This document shows, piece after piece, positions 60,949 through 64,000 of a DNA stretch of 64,000 nucleotides (position 1 is its first letter; each line of letters opens with the position of its first letter). Made by a program: the position numbers and the translations under genes. This DNA comes from Candidatus Latescibacterota bacterium (lineage in GTDB: Bacteria; Latescibacterota; UBA2968; GCA-2709665): the NCBI GenBank assembly GCA_965208835.1, contig OZ242358.1:4320001-4384000 (forward strand). The letters run 5' to 3'. The notes beneath the pieces are model-generated. The model saw only the letters and a program-made list of their open reading frames with translations. It had not been told where the DNA came from and made no database searches.

Positions 60949-61863
60949 TTAGCCGCCATCTCCTGGCGTATCACCCGTCTCAATCCTATTGGAGCTGGCT
61001 AATTGAGGTTTGTTCGATATCCGATGAAACCACCAGAGTCCAAACGCCGCCAATATAACGCCAGCGCCTGTCCACCACCATGGATTGAAAACCACGTCGT
61101 TCAGGTCCTCCGAGACCGCGACATAGGGAACGTCAACGCGCATAAACGTCGTGGATAGCAGATTGTTAAATGCATGTCCAACAACCGCAGGCCACAGAGA
61201 TCCCGTGCTTATCGTCCACCACGCAAACAAAATGCCATATATAAAGGCAGGCGAGAATTGCCATGGGTTCAGATGACTCACGCCAAACAGTATCGATGAC
61301 CAGATAATCGCACAAGTCCTGGAATGGTTCGACAACAGGCCAAACAAGATTATACCTCTAAAGAGAAGCTCTTCGACATACGGTGCGACAATGGCGGCGT
61401 GGAAAAGGGCTGACGGGAAGGAAGTTTCGCGCCCAACCGTTGATTTAATGAGTTCCTGGAATAATTCTGGCATAGGAATTACGGAAATTACAACTTTGTT
61501 CAATTCAAAGAGAACCAACGACGTTCCGCAAATCGACATTGCGACGCCGGTCCAGAGTTGCCAATCAGAACTTGCATTCCCTGGAAACAAGAGACTTGCC
61601 CACCGTCGATCCGTACGACGGGAAATGTACAATAATACTAGCAGATAAACTGCCAATTTGGTAATGCCCAGCAGGTAGTTGTTATGTTCAAGGGGTTGGC
61701 TACTGATGATACTTGCTACGTAAATGAGAATTCCGAATCCCGACTCCGTCAGGGTCAACAGTACAAGCAACCAAATGGCCTGCTTTAGGTTCGGATACGC
61801 CATTGAGCTCTCGCAAGATTTCCTATTCGGGTTTAACTGATCGCCGCCCGCGCGTTCAAACAT
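60949..61863 (-). CDS. CPBP family intramembrane metalloprotease
   Basis: MAYPNLKQ (alternative start 61803), EELLFRG, FGVSH, HAFNN. Confidence 0.9.
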   Translation of the reverse strand: MFERAGGDQLNPNRKSCESSMAYPNLKQAIWLLVLLTLTESGFGILIYVASIISSQPLEHNNYLLGITKLAVYLLVLLYISRRTDRRWASLLFPGNASSDWQLWTGVAMSICGTSLVLFELNKVVISVIPMPELFQELIKSTVGRETSFPSALFHAAIVAPYVEELLFRGIILFGLLSNHSRTCAIIWSSILFGVSHLNPWQFSPAFIYGILFAWWTISTGSLWPAVVGHAFNNLLSTTFMRVDVPYVAVSEDLNDVVFNPWWWTGAGVILAAFGLWWFHRISNKPQLASSNRIETGDTPGDGG

Positions 61864-61900
61864 GTCACCTCCCGGTTCCTTTCAATAGCGTCTGGCTGTC

Positions 61901-62521
61901 TCAATCTGGCGGGCATTGCCCTTCAGGCCAGACAAAGCAACCAGGTTCAGACGGGTGATCTTGAATCAAGGCATCCTTTCCATATCGGCGTAGCTTCAAG
62001 AAAATCATGATATCTCCAGAACACACAGAGACTGTCCCGCTGAAAAGCAACAGAGACCAGATGGCGGGATCCAACCAGAACAACAAACCGGCAGCCAGTG
62101 TCGTAACGATCAATGGAAAGATCAGGACGATTCGGTGAACGCGAATTGTCAGTGGCCTATCGTAGTGACAATAGAAAGCCGCAAATTTCCAATTAGCCCC
62201 GAATCGTATCGAATTGAATGGCACCTTGCCCCATTGCAACGCGGCAACGGCGTGCAATGCTTCGTGAACTGCAATCAGCAAGACAACACTTCCGATTAAC
62301 ATCCACCTTTCTACGTTTTCCAGACTGAACTGAATCTTCAATTGCGACAAATGTGCCCCCAAGAAGCAAAAATTGAACGCCAAAAAAAACAAGATGATTC
62401 CAAGAGTGATCGCATTGACCTTGCTCACACGGATTTCGATGACCTCCCGGCCCATCTCCTTGGACGGCTCTTGACCTGCGGAGCACATTTCATTTTCCGC
62501 CGACATCGGATTCTCCATCAT
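61901..62521 (-). CDS. DUF3267 family putative membrane zincin peptidase
   Basis: HEALH (HExxH) in a TM segment, FG.NW...FYCH, CSGD, IQDHPSEPG. Confidence 0.8.
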   Translation of the reverse strand: MMENPMSAENEMCSAGQEPSKEMGREVIEIRVSKVNAITLGIILFFLAFNFCFLGAHLSQLKIQFSLENVERWMLIGSVVLLIAVHEALHAVAALQWGKVPFNSIRFGANWKFAAFYCHYDRPLTIRVHRIVLIFPLIVTTLAAGLLFWLDPAIWSLLLFSGTVSVCSGDIMIFLKLRRYGKDALIQDHPSEPGCFVWPEGQCPPD

Positions 62522-62632
62522 TGTAAATTACACGAAACCGGACCGCCAGGCATTCGATCTGAGGTGTCCTCATCCTTCCTGCTTCGACAATCTAAGGAAA
62601 AGCCCCTCGAAAGCCCGCCTGGAAGTCCGTAG

Positions 62633-62672
62633 GTCCGGTTTCCACCGAACGTGCTTTCGGTGGAAACCAGAC
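62633..62672. terminator. long hairpin between the precursor genes and the protease genes
   Basis: GGTTTCCACCGAA / TTCGGTGGAAACC perfect 13-bp stem, extendable; no clear U-tract. Confidence 0.55.
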
Positions 62673-62715
62673 CCGTCAACCTTGTGACTCTTAACTGCTC
62701 ATCTCTATCAACGAA

Positions 62716-63021
62716 TCAGACTGACAGATTCGACAGGCCGTCGGCCATGCCACTGGTCAGTTGATCGTAGGCATCCGAGACGAAATTTACCGCATCCTTA
62801 GCCCTATCGTAGTACCAAATGGCGGCTTCAACGACATCCTGAGGTCTTGTCACTGCTACGACCACGAGCCCTGCCACAATCCCTACGACGACGGGATGTC
62901 CTCCCGAGACTTGTGCCATCGTATGCTCACTCAGATCTTCCCGTCTTGCAGGCAACGCCTGACAGGAGATGAGCACGCTGTCTCTATCGGTCGCCGCCGG
63001 ATAAGCCAATGCTTGTGTCAT
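62716..63021 (-). CDS. double-glycine leader peptide precursor P3
   Basis: AGGAGG RBS; leader ends EDLSEHTMAQVSGG; 60-aa core with a hydrophobic N-terminus. Confidence 0.75.
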   Translation of the reverse strand: MTQALAYPAATDRDSVLISCQALPARREDLSEHTMAQVSGGHPVVVGIVAGLVVVAVTRPQDVVEAAIWYYDRAKDAVNFVSDAYDQLTSGMADGLSNLSV

Positions 63022-63240
63022 GATGTCCTCCTGGAGAGTTATTCCTATTTATCGTTTTTCAACCCAATGGCCTGAATCTCGTGTTACGGAGACGGTGCCT
63101 GTTTATGGAGGCTATTGGGTTCGAGAATCGTGCTTTGCTCTACGGTTTCGTAAGAGCTTCGTGACCATATCTGCGAAGTCGCCGGCATCGGCAGTCGAGA
63201 TCGAGAAACAGAACAGGTTACGTCCTGGGCGGCGTGACCA

Positions 63241-63441
63241 TCAGTCCGTTTCGTCGAAGTATTCGAAAATGGCTTCTGCAATTGCGCTCGCCATTGCCGT
63301 CAAATTAGTGCCCATCCCGATGGGTATGAACCCTCCCGATGTCGTCGCCATCTCATAACTGGCTAATGCGATTTCCCGTCCTGGGAGTTGCGCACAAGCC
63401 ACAGAACCGCGCACTGGCATTGATTGAATTCGATCGGTCAT
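63241..63441 (-). CDS. double-glycine leader peptide precursor P2
   Basis: GGAGGTG RBS; 37-aa leader ending EMATTSGG; core FIPIGMGTNLTAMASAIAEAIFEYFDETD. Confidence 0.75.
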   Translation of the reverse strand: MTDRIQSMPVRGSVACAQLPGREIALASYEMATTSGGFIPIGMGTNLTAMASAIAEAIFEYFDETD

Positions 63442-63578
63442 TTTGTCACCTCCTATCTTCACCCTTTCAGAAATTCGTAAGTATGCCCTGTGGACTTCGC
63501 TTGCAGATCATCAAAGACCACGCATTTGCAGCGGTGATCGCAAAGGGAATTTGCTTTGCGTCAGTTCAGGTTCCAAGG

Positions 63579-63782
63579 TCATTCCTCGTCGTCGAAGTAC
63601 TCGACAATGGCCTCAGCAATTATTTTGCTAACGTACAGGATCATGAAGGAAGGACCTGTGGGTAACATGAGACCTCCCGATGCATTCATCATCTCACGAC
63701 GTGCCAGGCCGATTTCCCGTCCTGGAAGTCGGGTGCAGGTCACGGCGCCGTGTACTGGCATCGATAGAACTCGATCAGTCAT
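63579..63782 (-). CDS. double-glycine leader peptide precursor P1, paralogue of P2
   Basis: AAGGAG RBS; 37-aa leader ending EMMNASGG; core LMLPTGPSFMILYVSKIIAEAIVEYFDDEE. Confidence 0.75.
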   Translation of the reverse strand: MTDRVLSMPVHGAVTCTRLPGREIGLARREMMNASGGLMLPTGPSFMILYVSKIIAEAIVEYFDDEE

Positions 63783-63860
63783 TTCGTCAACTCCTTTCTA
63801 CTCGACAATTTCGATGTACAGGTGAGTTTCGCAATATCTGGTCGGAATCCTCCCAAACGG

Positions 63861-64000
63861 TTACAGCGCCGGACCTGAAGCGTCCGCTTCCGGCGTGTTC
63901 GTGCCCAGGTCTATGCCGAACAGGTCCCTCAGGATGTCCCGCCAGCGTATGGCGCCACCGGAGACCTGCGCAGTCTGTCCTGTACTCAAGTCCTCCGTCC
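63861..64000 (-). CDS. double-glycine leader peptide precursor P0, 5'-truncated by the window edge and absent from the ORF track
   Basis: Manual translation from 63998: TEDLSTGQTAQVSGG-AIRWRDILRDLFGIDLGTNTPEADASGPAL*. Confidence 0.75.
   Translation of the reverse strand, partial: TEDLSTGQTAQVSGGAIRWRDILRDLFGIDLGTNTPEADASGPAL

Noticed and set aside
1-64000. CRISPR array, cas genes, reverse transcriptase/retron, integrase or transposase
   Set aside because: No regularly spaced repeats and no diagnostic protein motifs seen

Overview
The window is a GC-rich chromosomal segment. Its gene content (GWxTD protein, DUF4159/DUF4175/MoxR/DUF58 operon, long LptD) suggests an FCB-group bacterium such as Latescibacterota or Gemmatimonadota; this is an inference. 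A housekeeping core (~13.8-42 kb: priA, rodZ-like, maf, dtd, lptD, tRNA-Leu(TAG), lysA, orphan glmS/glmL) is flanked by two accessory regions. (1) 5.5-13.8 kb is a probable defence hotspot with a Zn-ribbon/DUF559/RecQ fusion plus a coiled-coil partner, a putative Abi protein and an ABC-type ATPase + DUF4276 pair. It is built of two modules, each following a copy of the 3' end of one host gene and a near-identical palindromic promoter. (2) 42-64 kb is a double-glycine peptide export locus with at least four precursor genes (one missing from the ORF track), a DUF3267 zincin, four paralogous CPBP proteases, a cNMP-C39 ABC transporter and a parvulin PPIase. The transporter and PPIase are truncated on either side of a ~12.9 kb, more AT-rich defence island (type IIG-like R-M, SIR2-STAND-TPR, AvaI/BsoBI-like methylase, SIR2, DUF262, AbiJ-NTD4). 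A promoter-driven, rod-like structured RNA candidate lies at ~44.5-44.6 kb. Three single-base frameshifts at short homopolymers suggest assembly indels. All family calls come from motif recognition by eye; no searches were run.
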